Assembly (NCBI GenBank): GCA_002811645.1
Contig: PDIP01000004.1
Coordinates: forward strand, 1 to 64,000
Length of the DNA: 64,000 nt
DNA from: Corallochytrium limacisporum Hawaii
Lineage: Eukaryota > Protista > Pluriformea
Reading direction: 5' to 3'
Shown here piece by piece: positions 10,068 to 20,106 of this stretch. The position numbers and the translations under genes are program-made. Under the pieces are notes generated by a model. That model was not told where the DNA came from, did no database searches, and saw nothing but the letters and a program-made list of their open reading frames with translations. The stretch's first letter is position 1. Every line of letters starts with the position of its first letter.

Positions 10068-11144
10068 ATGTCCAATGTTCTGAGGTACTTTTATGCTCGC
10101 TACGTTGAGCTTGTCACAAGGGCACCGGATGCTGTGACACAAATTGAAGACACTGCACGGTATGCGACATATATGCTTCCCGGTCGCTTCGGGGACTCTG
10201 AAGAATTTTCGGAACTCATCTATGCAGGAGTGGGACTTCTCTCACAAGTGAATGACAATATTCTCATCAGCGAAGCGAAACACACAGACAAGGGGAAAAA
10301 AATCATCAATCTTTTCAAGCATCTCGATGAGGTCGAACTACGGGTCAAGCGGTTGTTGGCCTTGATTTCGACTGTGGAGAACTTTGTAGAATTGGCTGCA
10401 AAGAAGTCACCAAACCGAAGAGTACATCTTCGCACTGTGCTGGTCATTGAGGTGGTCAAGGCATTCTTCCGTCTCCTGCTCCTGGCACGCCGAAACGGCG
10501 GCCTGAGCACTTCGCCCGCTTTGCCTTCCGTCGATCGCACCCTTTTGATCGATGCCGTCAAGGAAGCACATGCCGCCGATGCGCAGGAAGAAGAGGAGAG
10601 AAAGGCATCTCCGGACAGTGTTCTGAGTCACCATCCAGACTTTGAGCTTTACCGCCGCCAACTGCAAGAAATGAATGACGGAGAGGTCCGTGGAACATCT
10701 GCGCATCGTCTCCACAACTTCCACTCTACACTGAACGGAGGAAATATCACCCTTCCGCCCACGGAACTGTCAAAGCTTCAGATGCTGGGAGAAGTTCTGT
10801 GGATCCTTCGTCCCCTCGTTATCCTCTACTCGGTTTCAAGGAACGGACGCAAGAGCTGGAAGCCTTGGTTGCTGTCTGCGGGTATCGAGGTTGTGTCTTT
10901 CTGGGCGTTGCACAAGGGTAACAGACTGAATGAAGGCGAGCGGCACGAACTGCACCGGCGCTTGATGCTGTGGTGGTTCTGGCTATTCCGCTCTCCCGTC
11001 TATGACAACTGGACTGACGAAAAGATCCGTGGTGTGCTCGGATTCTTTGGCCGTTGGATCCCTCTGGCCTCTTGGGTCACCGAGCCTGCCCTGGAGACCC
11101 TGCCAATCTGGCAGTCCCTGTACACTTTCACATGGAGCGCATAG
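10068..11144 (+). CDS. PEX16: peroxisomal membrane biogenesis protein PEX16
   Basis: IE..R...Y.LPGRF.DSE..SEL.Y, IEVVKA..RL, GEVLWILRPL, SWKPWLLS, EL.RR...W...RSP.YD, ends Y.FTWS. Confidence 0.9.
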   Translation: MSNVLRYFYARYVELVTRAPDAVTQIEDTARYATYMLPGRFGDSEEFSELIYAGVGLLSQVNDNILISEAKHTDKGKKIINLFKHLDEVELRVKRLLALISTVENFVELAAKKSPNRRVHLRTVLVIEVVKAFFRLLLLARRNGGLSTSPALPSVDRTLLIDAVKEAHAADAQEEEERKASPDSVLSHHPDFELYRRQLQEMNDGEVRGTSAHRLHNFHSTLNGGNITLPPTELSKLQMLGEVLWILRPLVILYSVSRNGRKSWKPWLLSAGIEVVSFWALHKGNRLNEGERHELHRRLMLWWFWLFRSPVYDNWTDEKIRGVLGFFGRWIPLASWVTEPALETLPIWQSLYTFTWSA

Positions 11145-11626
11145 GGCTCTGGTGACCATGTCATCTTCATTACCACAATACACTTCATATCCATACCATC
11201 CCCCACCCACACCCCCCCCACTTTTTCGATTTTCTCAAGGTAGCATACCAATGCCTCGACCTCAACCGTCCTCAGGTGGTGTCTGTTGATAATGACCCGC
11301 CCATTCCGTTACCTGCGCAACTGGGTGGGCGGAGCCGGGGGTGGGTCGCCCGAATGCGCTGGGGAAGTAGAACGACTGAACGCTACTTAAAGCATAACCT
11401 CCGTGTGTGGTGTATAAATCGAGTTATCAGAAGTAATGAGCACCGTTGAAACGCCATACCCATACACACACGCACGCTAGCATGACGCATGATGGGGATC
11501 TATTGGAGTGGCTGAACGAACACGAATGAGATGAGGAAGGCTGATGAGCACGAGAACAAATACGACCCGGCAGTCATGAACGAGCCAGTTGCAACAACAA
11601 AGCAACTCAGTCAACGGTGAAGTTAA

Positions 11627-12145
11627 TCATCTCCTGAATACTTTAAAGAGTTTTGTGTAGAGCTGATTTCGAGACTCCCACGGAGCATGGTCAGGCCGGA
11701 AGCCGTACAGCACCTCGGCAATCTGCAATGACGCTTTGATCATGATCAGCTGAGGATCCTCTGAGGAATCATTAGTGGATAGCATAGCTGCCACAGCATC
11801 GGCAAGCCAAACATTGACGTTGACGAAATCTGTGAAGCTTGGGCGACAGTACAGTGTGTAGGATTGAGATATCAGAGAAGGGACCCGCACATGAATGAAA
11901 TCCGCCTCATCAAAGTCTACGTGCGCTTCGTATCCCCAGAAATGGAGACGATCTCGGATCGTGTGCCTTTGTATCAACAGCTGATTCAATGGAACACGAT
12001 TATAGTGACCACATAACTTGAGATAACCGATGTCGCCTTCGAGAAACACTATAGACACTGTACACGCAGCATCTATGTCCTCTCGTACCCGATAGACCAG
12101 ACCTGACTTGCAAACGGTGGCATCCTCCGGCACAATGATTGTCAT
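11627..12145 (-). CDS. hypothetical protein
   Basis: 172-aa ATG ORF with globular-looking composition, divergent from BRI3; no family recognised. Confidence 0.45.
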   Translation of the reverse strand: MTIIVPEDATVCKSGLVYRVREDIDAACTVSIVFLEGDIGYLKLCGHYNRVPLNQLLIQRHTIRDRLHFWGYEAHVDFDEADFIHVRVPSLISQSYTLYCRPSFTDFVNVNVWLADAVAAMLSTNDSSEDPQLIMIKASLQIAEVLYGFRPDHAPWESRNQLYTKLFKVFRR

Positions 12146-12817
12146 CGTCGAACCACACTAAATAATGCACCATCTTTCTTCCCATGAGCCTTTCCTTCTA
12201 ATGAGATTTGCAAATAGCCTTCTCACAAAGTCCTGTTGTTCGTTCCCAAGTAGCTGAGACTGCAACTCACCGCATCTCATCATCTGCTGCGATGAGACCC
12301 AACTCCACTCTTCACCCCTCTCCCCCATTCAAACTTTCCGCGCAATCGCGATGGCCCGCTGGGACTTCGGGCCCTAGGACGACACTAGACCCCCCACTCT
12401 CCAGCCGACCCTGGCGGCAGAGAGAATTTGAAACGCCCGGGGAAGAAAAAAAAGCCAGCGCCGACCGAAATCAGTTGTGTAAGACGGGGGGGTTAATTCA
12501 ATGTCCCCGATTTGGAAGGGTCCGACACCTGCCCCTGCTCTGAACAGCTGCATGCAGGGCCATGGGCCTCGGACAGTGGTTACGTGAGACGGCTCGCGAT
12601 GCAAAAGCTAAGGGGGGCGCACCCCCAAGTCCCTGGCAATACTTTGCAGACCTACTTGAACATTGGCCCAAGCACCATAGGTCCTGTAGAATGAAACTGC
12701 CCACGGAACCGTGCGTGGCATTGCTTTCGTTTGTATATTGTACCCCTTCGTGCTTACTACACAATGAAAGTAGCCGCGTCTCACAGTTGATCCAGAACAT
12801 TACTGTGAACTGTCCCT

Positions 12818-13144
12818 ATGGATGAGCACGAGTCAACAAGTGCTGCTCCTCTTTTAGGACGAATTAAAGAAGCGCAAGGGTATGGGAGCGCACAGCATGC
12901 AGCAGACATCCTCGGGTCGACTCCGCGCGGTACTGACGATACAGTAGTAGCAGTACCATACAGTGCCAACGACACAATAACAAACGGAGATCGGTGTCCG
13001 GCTTGCAGAGGTGGACATCTTATGGATGATTACTCTTTTTTTGGTATAGTTCTTGCTATTCTTTGTTTCCCTATTGGACTTCTTGTTTGTTTGCTTTTTA
13101 AGATCAAGCGGTGCTCCAACTGTGGGGCAACATTCTCCAAGTAA
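12818..13144 (+). CDS. BRI3: Brain protein I3 (BRI3)/LITAF-like Cys-rich membrane-associated protein
   Basis: CPACRGG.L.DDYS..GI.LAILCFPIGLL.C......RCSNCGATF. Confidence 0.85.
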   Translation: MDEHESTSAAPLLGRIKEAQGYGSAQHAADILGSTPRGTDDTVVAVPYSANDTITNGDRCPACRGGHLMDDYSFFGIVLAILCFPIGLLVCLLFKIKRCSNCGATFSK

Positions 13145-13150
13145 CGTACA

Positions 13151-16100
13151 ATGGAGGAATCAGGGAGACTGGCTCCCTTGGAGCTAGAAAGAAGCCTGGA
13201 GAAGGATCAGGTCTCTTGGAATCGGTGCTCTGGGTTTGCACAAGGAGAATTTGCTTCCAAGAAATTTGCAAAGGATGCAGCAACTGGTGAATTTTCAGTG
13301 TACTGCCTGGTGGGTAAGGTGCAGTTGCCGGTTGCGTACAGTCGCGTGGAAAAGGGAAGGGACAGTGGTCGGACTAGATCAAAGAAACGGAAGCTGAATA
13401 ATGGAACCGTTTCGATGTACCAGGACTGCGGGACAGACATCAATAAGGGTAAGACTTGCGACCACCCTGTACACCTTGTGACTCACACACATATTTTTGA
13501 AATGGGAAATTTGCTATGTCACGACAGATTGCTTTATCTGGCAGAGCAACAGAATGCAAAGCACTCGTCCAAAGTTTTGGAAGCTATCATGTCCTTGGAG
13601 AAGCCTTCAGTAGACCCTTGGGGACATGGGCTCTTGGCTGCGTTCAGTGTGGAAGGCGGTGAAGGTGGACACGTACACACGTACATTTACTTTTCGCGGT
13701 TGATCTTTGAATTGATTTCTGACCCTGCGGTGCACATAGTCATGGGTGCAATCGAACCTATCACCACATGGACTGGACCTCTGGTCAGGTCAGTAATGGG
13801 TGAGGCTTTTCACAATCCCGTCAAGTCCGACGAGTCACCTTTTGCGATGCGGAGTATTCTTAGGGCTGCGGAGAGCACTGGTCACCGTAGTATCGACGAG
13901 AATGAACGGATACCCGGATTTCGTTGCCATGCATGTGAAGAAAAATGCAATACGACTGAAGGGTGCAAGTCCACTGTCTTGCGGGACTATCAACGGCAAA
14001 GCATTCGATGGATGATTGACCATGAGAACGGGCCAGGTCTGAATGAATACTATTGGAAGAAATGCTCCTTGGCAAATGGTATCCCATTCTGGTACTTTGA
14101 CCTTGGTGGTGAGATGCGTCTTCATGCACCGCCGCATGCACAGGGTGGGATCCTTGCAGAGGAGATGGGAATGGGCAAGACTGTGGAGGTCATCGTCTTG
14201 ACTTTGAAACGAATCACTCAACAGACCAAGTATGCAAGGTTGAAGAACAATGGAGGGACTCTGATCGTAGTACCGACGGTCTTAATTCACCAATGGGTAA
14301 TGGAAGTTGAAAAGTGGGCCCCTCAGCTTACTGTGTTTGTTGCGACCATCAAAGACATGGATGCACTCAAGCCATCCGATGTAACGAAACGTCTGGATGA
14401 GGCCGATATCGTCCTCACCGACTACACAACTATGAGTCGGCCATCGAAAATGGGTAAACCAGAGGGAAGAATCCGGAGCAGACATTGGTTCCGACTGGTC
14501 TTAGATGAGTGTCAAGCTGTCCGTCGCCACGTGTCTCAAGTTAGCGCCCGCTGTGCGAAGCTGAAAGCAAAGTATCGATGGCTTGTCTCTGGCACGCCCA
14601 TCATGACCAGCGTCAACGACATCTTTGGCCATCTGCAGTTTTTGAAGGTATGGCCGTACTCTCTGCAGAATGACGGATTCTGGGACAGCAGAATTGCCAA
14701 ACCAATTGCAAAGAAAAACTTCGAGGGGTTACATCTCCTGCAGTCGCTATTGAGAACGATTATGATGCGTCATAGCAAAGAGCAGGTGCACGTAGGATCA
14801 GACGAGTCTATCCTAACCCTTCCTTCTTATCGCATTGAGGTTAAAGCGGTTCCATTTAGGGGCCAGATGTCGACAATCTACACATACTACTTCTTGGAGT
14901 GTTGGATGCAGAAGAATGCCTTGCGACTGCTGGAACGTGAATACGAGGGTGAGCAGCTCTGGATGCGTGCTGCTGTCAGTACCATGCGCACTCTGGCAAA
15001 TCATTGTTCATACACGACTCTGGCTGCTATTGATCGGCTACTAAGAAAGGTCATGTCAGACATTGCGATGCTCGGAATCAATACCCGCGATGAGTTTGAT
15101 CCAGTCAATTCACAGATTCCAAAACTCAACGCCAGTGACATCTTGAAGCGCCTGGTGGCACCCAACCTCAGCCGCAGCGGTGGATCCAATTGGCAAGCCA
15201 CGCGTGTGTTCGCCCTGCAGACGGAGGCAGAGCTGAAGAACATTGACAAATATCATCAGATGACGGTGCAGCAGTTGCGGGAACTGTGTGCCCAAAGAGA
15301 ATTGCCATCTCTGGACAAGAAAACTAAGCAGCCTTTTATCGATCTCCTTCTTGAGGCAGACCGGACAGCCAAAGGCTTTGAAGGGGCGGGAAGTACGGAT
15401 ATCCACGAAAGTGGATTCCAGGCTCTCATGTCCCTCATGAAAGGCGTGGCACTCACTTGTCCAATCTGCATGAACGAGGTCCAGCGGCCAACGATCACAC
15501 TCTGTGTGCACGTCTTTTGCCTGGACTGCATTCGATCCCTCATTCTCCGTTCCGATTCAGATCGGCCGAAGTGTCCCCTGTGCCGCCAAGGTGTGAAGGC
15601 ATCCCAGTTGATGGAGATCGACGCCAGAGATCTTGGCGACGAGGACGAAAAAGTGGATGATGTCTCTGCAGGAGCCAGCGTCATGTCGGAAAGTATCTAC
15701 CGATCTATACCGCTGCCTCCAGGCCAGTCCGCAGAAATGGATTCAGCGTATCCTTCCCTTCCGGGACCCTTTGTGGCGCACTACAAGCATGCGAGTGCGT
15801 CGGAGGTGGGACCCAAGATCCAATGGCTGCTCCACGATATGGAACGATACATGGGAATCAACAACGGTGACGGAAGCAGTGGTCACAAGTGCGTGATCTT
15901 TACGAATTATGATGCGACTCTGGCCCATGTGTCTAAAGCTTTCTCAGATCGATACCACTGGGAACTCAATAGGGACTTCACAATGTGGAGTCCAAGCACC
16001 AAGCAGCATAAACTGCCTGTCGGAAAGGTGATCGAAATCTTCAAGCGTTCACCGATGTGCAGGGCACTCCTGCTGAGTGTAAGTGCATCTTACTCGGGCC

Positions 16101-16423
16101 TCACACTAACAGATGCTCAGACCCTCTACGTGCTGGAGCCCTGTAGCAACAAGGCTATTGAGTCGCAGATTTTTACCCGATTGCATCGCATTGGCCAGCG
16201 CAAGGTGGTCCGCTGTGTCGTTCTTTACAGCCAGCGGACAGTTGAAGAACGCCACATCACTTTGCGCAATGACCTTCGCCCCGAAGAACAGCAAGTTGTA
16301 CAACAGGTCGATTTCACACGCGGGCCTCCAACCCACTGGCCCGGGATGAGCAGCGGTGCCGACTTCCAAGGCACCAACTCGTCCAACACGAACATGATGC
16401 GCCTACTTGGTATCATATCTTAG
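13151..16423 (+). CDS. SNF2 helicase / RING E3 ligase, SHPRH/IRC20/Rad5-like, with SAP domain
   Basis: LRDYQ, GGILAEEMGMGKT, LVLDECQ, RWLVSGTPI, SAP-like MTVQQLRELCAQRELP, C3HC4 RING CPIC..CVHVFCLDC..CPLCR, RLHRIGQ. Confidence 0.88.
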   Translation: MEESGRLAPLELERSLEKDQVSWNRCSGFAQGEFASKKFAKDAATGEFSVYCLVGKVQLPVAYSRVEKGRDSGRTRSKKRKLNNGTVSMYQDCGTDINKGKTCDHPVHLVTHTHIFEMGNLLCHDRLLYLAEQQNAKHSSKVLEAIMSLEKPSVDPWGHGLLAAFSVEGGEGGHVHTYIYFSRLIFELISDPAVHIVMGAIEPITTWTGPLVRSVMGEAFHNPVKSDESPFAMRSILRAAESTGHRSIDENERIPGFRCHACEEKCNTTEGCKSTVLRDYQRQSIRWMIDHENGPGLNEYYWKKCSLANGIPFWYFDLGGEMRLHAPPHAQGGILAEEMGMGKTVEVIVLTLKRITQQTKYARLKNNGGTLIVVPTVLIHQWVMEVEKWAPQLTVFVATIKDMDALKPSDVTKRLDEADIVLTDYTTMSRPSKMGKPEGRIRSRHWFRLVLDECQAVRRHVSQVSARCAKLKAKYRWLVSGTPIMTSVNDIFGHLQFLKVWPYSLQNDGFWDSRIAKPIAKKNFEGLHLLQSLLRTIMMRHSKEQVHVGSDESILTLPSYRIEVKAVPFRGQMSTIYTYYFLECWMQKNALRLLEREYEGEQLWMRAAVSTMRTLANHCSYTTLAAIDRLLRKVMSDIAMLGINTRDEFDPVNSQIPKLNASDILKRLVAPNLSRSGGSNWQATRVFALQTEAELKNIDKYHQMTVQQLRELCAQRELPSLDKKTKQPFIDLLLEADRTAKGFEGAGSTDIHESGFQALMSLMKGVALTCPICMNEVQRPTITLCVHVFCLDCIRSLILRSDSDRPKCPLCRQGVKASQLMEIDARDLGDEDEKVDDVSAGASVMSESIYRSIPLPPGQSAEMDSAYPSLPGPFVAHYKHASASEVGPKIQWLLHDMERYMGINNGDGSSGHKCVIFTNYDATLAHVSKAFSDRYHWELNRDFTMWSPSTKQHKLPVGKVIEIFKRSPMCRALLLSVSASYSGLTLTDAQTLYVLEPCSNKAIESQIFTRLHRIGQRKVVRCVVLYSQRTVEERHITLRNDLRPEEQQVVQQVDFTRGPPTHWPGMSSGADFQGTNSSNTNMMRLLGIIS

Positions 16424-17216
16424 GCTGTGTCCATATCAACACATTGGCACCCTGAATTGGCCACCATACTTAGCACGAAGCAATAGATTTTGTCTCCCAT
16501 GTAATGAAGAGCCATTCGAACCCATGAAATACTGTGCACTAATGGCTGTGTACGCCCATTCTATCGACCAGTTCATCTCTCCATCGCTGTAGCAGGAACT
16601 TGTCCCCGTGCCCGAGGTGCCTCTGCAGTGCGGTGTCCCGGGAGCTGTCCCCTCGGTCTGTAACAATCTCCCCCCTCCCCTCTGGCGCGCAGCAATGAAG
16701 TTTTTTTTTTCACGCAATCGTCTCCCGCTCTCCCGAGTTTTTCCCATAGTTTCAGCCCCTCACCGGCGGACTCCGGTTCCCCCTCCCCTCTCCCAACCTT
16801 GCCCAGGGTTTTTTTTTGGGTCTTATCTCGCGGTCCACACTCTTCCCCCGGGGCCCCGGTATCGATGGGCCGCCTCCCAAGGCAAAGGCAAAAGGGGGGG
16901 GGTGGAGGAGGGGGTTTGGTTGGGGTTTATTGAGTTTTTATCAACAGGAAAAGGAAGGTATTATGTGGCAACGGCGCGTAGGAGAGAAAAAGGTTGGAAA
17001 ATTTGGAGATAACGGGAAAAGAAAAAATACAAAAGTCATCGCGCCATCGACGTGGTACGTAAAACGCAGCGGGCGAAAGTGTACCGGGGCACCTACTACG
17101 GTAACACAGAGAGGTATGTAAGAAGAACCGGACGGGCCGGCCCCTTTTCTTCGCGAACCAATTAGGCAGTAGTTGGTGGGCAGCGCTGGAATGATTTGAG
17201 CACAAGAAGGACACAC

Positions 17217-17316
17217 AGAGAGAGAGAGAGAGGGAGAGAGAGAGGGAGAGGGAGAGAGAGGGAGAGAGACAGACACAGAGAGAAAGAGGGAGAGAGGGAG
17301 GCAGGGAGAGAGAGAG
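17217..17316. repeat. (GA)n / purine-rich microsatellite tract
   Basis: about 100 bp of AG/GGAG repeats upstream of the Pil1-like gene. Confidence 0.9.
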
Positions 17317-17792
17317 CGCAATCATCACAAAAGAGCCAGCCATGGACGATCTTTCTCTCTTTTTTTTTTTTTTTTTCTTCGTCGTAGACGAAAAACGCAC
17401 TTCTGGTGCTGGGGGGGGGGGCACAAGCACCGGTTCGGAGGTGGCGGGTCTCTCCAGAGCCGAGCGTATACTAAGAGCGGTCAGGACGCAAAAACACAGA
17501 CACGGGGCCCAAGAGTCAAGAGAGAGAGAGATAGGAGCGATTGGGGAGGGGGACCAAACCATAGTTTCCCTTTTTGATGACGCGAATCTTGTGGGAGATA
17601 GATGGGATGAGCGGAGCCGTTTGCAGAGAATGTATTTGATTGAGACCTTTCTGAACGTATTTCACTGTGCAATTGGTCGCTGTCGACGATATCCTAGCCG
17701 AATAACGAATCTAAAAGACGGACAGATATCTCCATCATCGACTTGTGAAACGACCGTAACTAGCGCAATACGCATAGAATAACTTCGCCGAG

Positions 17793-19025
17793 ATGATGCA
17801 GCAGATCCGCCGCGGTGTTCAGGACGTGTTATCGCACGGCCAGCTCACAAAGGCCATCAGTGAGGAGAAAGGTGTTGTATCCTCCTATAATTCTGCAGCA
17901 AAGGAAAAGGAGGAGGCTTTCAAGTATGTGCAGGCATGGGGAGCCGAAGAAGAGATCGACCTCCGTGATTTCCTCGCCCAGATGGCCAAGCTCAACGCCG
18001 AAGCCGTTGCGGCCCATAGATCCTATGCAGAAAAGTACAATGAGTACCGACAGGGTTGGAAGCGTCTGAAGGAAGAGCAAGATCGGATCGATCAACTACG
18101 TAAGAAGATTCGCGATATGGAGAACCAGTCGCAGAAGAACCGCAAGAAGGGCAAGGGCAACAACCAGCTGGACAATGAGATCATGAAGGCTCAGAACTCT
18201 CTCCGGGAAATGACACAGGGGTTTGAACTGATCAAGCGCAGAACTCTGAAGTCGCACTTCAAGGCTGTCATGGCCGCACAGCAAGAATTTGGTCAGAAGA
18301 TGGCCACCCTTGGTCAATTCGGTGGCTATCTGGCTGATCAAATTCCGGAGAACTTTGATCCCAATAACTATCAAGGCGCTCCAACCACTGCACGTATTGT
18401 TATGGACTGCACGAATGCCATGGCCGACCCGAGCGTCAACGGCGTCGCACCGCCGCCGCCGCCCAATGCGCCCCCTACCCAAGTACCCAACGGTGCTCAC
18501 GGTGCTCCTCCGACTCCCGCAGTGAATGGCCAGGGACCTGTCCATGATATGCCTCCGCCGGCCTACTCAGACTCGCCACCAGGACCAGTCCCCAGCAAGC
18601 CCATGCCACCAAGTGCCTCTCCTCCGCTAGACACCCCTCCAACATCGGCACCTCCCGCTGAACCCTCTGGACCTCCCGCTCAACCATCTGGACATTCGGC
18701 ACCGGGACTGGACACCATGTCCGGTATTCAGATGAAGAACATGTGGTCCAAGGCCGATGAGACGGGCGAGTGGAAAAAGGAAACACGGAGCATGGTCATC
18801 GAATACTGCTCGAGTTTTGCACCAGTGGTCCACTGCGTTGTTGCCGATGAAGACCCGGAAAGGTCGGTGTTTGTGAAGTTCGCGACATATGAGGCTGCCG
18901 GAGTGGCCGCACAAGCTCTACAAGGAAAGAAGTTTAGTGGTAATCAGATCACGGTCATTCCAATGGGAGGAGCCGATTATGACCGCTGGTACCCTGACGC
19001 GGTCGGCAAGACGACGGCATTGTAG
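17793..19025 (+). CDS. eisosome Pil1/Lsp1-like BAR domain + Pro-rich linker + C-terminal UHM (RBM39/MAN1-type RRM)
   Basis: Pil1 pattern EK.V..S...A.E...A.K...WG.EE..D..D, Y..YR...K, E...K.A.....G..L, Y.G.....I..D; C-terminal NMW...E..W..E...VIE.C....V.H..V...VFVKF...A..AL.GKKFSG..IT. Confidence 0.75.
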   Translation: MMQQIRRGVQDVLSHGQLTKAISEEKGVVSSYNSAAKEKEEAFKYVQAWGAEEEIDLRDFLAQMAKLNAEAVAAHRSYAEKYNEYRQGWKRLKEEQDRIDQLRKKIRDMENQSQKNRKKGKGNNQLDNEIMKAQNSLREMTQGFELIKRRTLKSHFKAVMAAQQEFGQKMATLGQFGGYLADQIPENFDPNNYQGAPTTARIVMDCTNAMADPSVNGVAPPPPPNAPPTQVPNGAHGAPPTPAVNGQGPVHDMPPPAYSDSPPGPVPSKPMPPSASPPLDTPPTSAPPAEPSGPPAQPSGHSAPGLDTMSGIQMKNMWSKADETGEWKKETRSMVIEYCSSFAPVVHCVVADEDPERSVFVKFATYEAAGVAAQALQGKKFSGNQITVIPMGGADYDRWYPDAVGKTTAL

Positions 19026-19098
19026 AAAAGCCAACATGATATGCACAGGGAAATATATGTGTCACATGCATGGTAATATATATTCTCTTAAAATACGC

Positions 19099-20106
19099 TC
19101 ACTTCCTTACAATCACACACCATTGGCCCGCCAATGTGCTGCTGAGATCTGTTGTCTGATATGTTTCGGGATCATCGTCTGGATTTGGCTGCCAGGTGCA
19201 CGATGTCAACTGTCTTGAGCTCGCAACAAGGCTCTCTACCGACCATGCACTGGGATGTCGGGACTTGCCTTGCAAACAAATGTACCGGCACAGGCACGAA
19301 CGAGCCTCGTCGTTGCCTGCTTCCTGAGCAAACCTGGCATGGTTCACATGTTCCTTCAAGATCCCGTCCCTAACTTTAGCACACGTCAAGTCATCATTGA
19401 CATCGGCTAGATTAAGCACATGCTGATCAGCATCACCCACAACTTCTTCCGACAGAGGTAGCGCAGCGGCAAACCCCGTAATCACTGCCCAGTGGGCACG
19501 CTTGCCTCCGTGTTGGCACGGCTCCCCGTTGGCATCTGCATCATAAGGCACTAGCACAACACCACCGACCTGCAGTGTGTCCAACACGAGCGCGATAGAT
19601 TGCTCTCCATCCGACACGTCCACAACCCCAACTTGGACGCCGGAGACGCCCTCGGACTCCTGGACTATCTGTTGGAGCACCTTACACAGATTTTCGGCAT
19701 TGAAGAACTCTCCGCGCACAGAAACCTTAGCGGATTTCGCGACTCTAAGTAATCTCTCTGATAATGCCACCAAATCTCTGGGTTGTACCTGGTCTGGAAC
19801 TGCCGAAGAGAGGCCCATAACCGCGGCCACGGGGCCACATGTGGCACCAGCCTGTCGCACGGTGTGCGAGGGATTGATGTAGTACGCACCAGTGACCTTT
19901 TCGATCTCTTCCGTCTCTGGCCAATTGTCCCGACAGTTGCGTGCCAGATTGCGAGCTGCCTCACGCTGGTGTTCCATACAGTGACAGGGCTGGTCACAGC
20001 CTTTGAACTCCGTTGCGTACTGGCCACCAAGCCGCGGTGCCTGCGCGTGCGATTTGGGCACAGGCGGTGGTGGTGCTGGTGGAGGAGGCGGTGGTGGTAC
20101 CATCAT
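19099..20106 (-). CDS. ACTMAP: actin maturation protease (C19orf54/UPF0692)
   Basis: N-terminal polyproline, Q.G..CG.VA catalytic Cys, GE.F, VPYDAD.N.EP....G.RAHWA, QGKSRH. Confidence 0.82.
   Translation of the reverse strand: MMVPPPPPPPAPPPPVPKSHAQAPRLGGQYATEFKGCDQPCHCMEHQREAARNLARNCRDNWPETEEIEKVTGAYYINPSHTVRQAGATCGPVAAVMGLSSAVPDQVQPRDLVALSERLLRVAKSAKVSVRGEFFNAENLCKVLQQIVQESEGVSGVQVGVVDVSDGEQSIALVLDTLQVGGVVLVPYDADANGEPCQHGGKRAHWAVITGFAAALPLSEEVVGDADQHVLNLADVNDDLTCAKVRDGILKEHVNHARFAQEAGNDEARSCLCRYICLQGKSRHPSAWSVESLVASSRQLTSCTWQPNPDDDPETYQTTDLSSTLAGQWCVIVRK

Noticed and set aside
8557-11144. Peroxisomal gene cluster (PTS1 enzyme next to PEX16, ACBD5-like further on)
   Set aside because: Adjacency of two genes in a gene-dense genome is easily chance; no shared motif seen
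16436-17782. Several 100-211 aa ORFs
   Set aside because: Derived from GA repeats and homopolymers; no protein-like content
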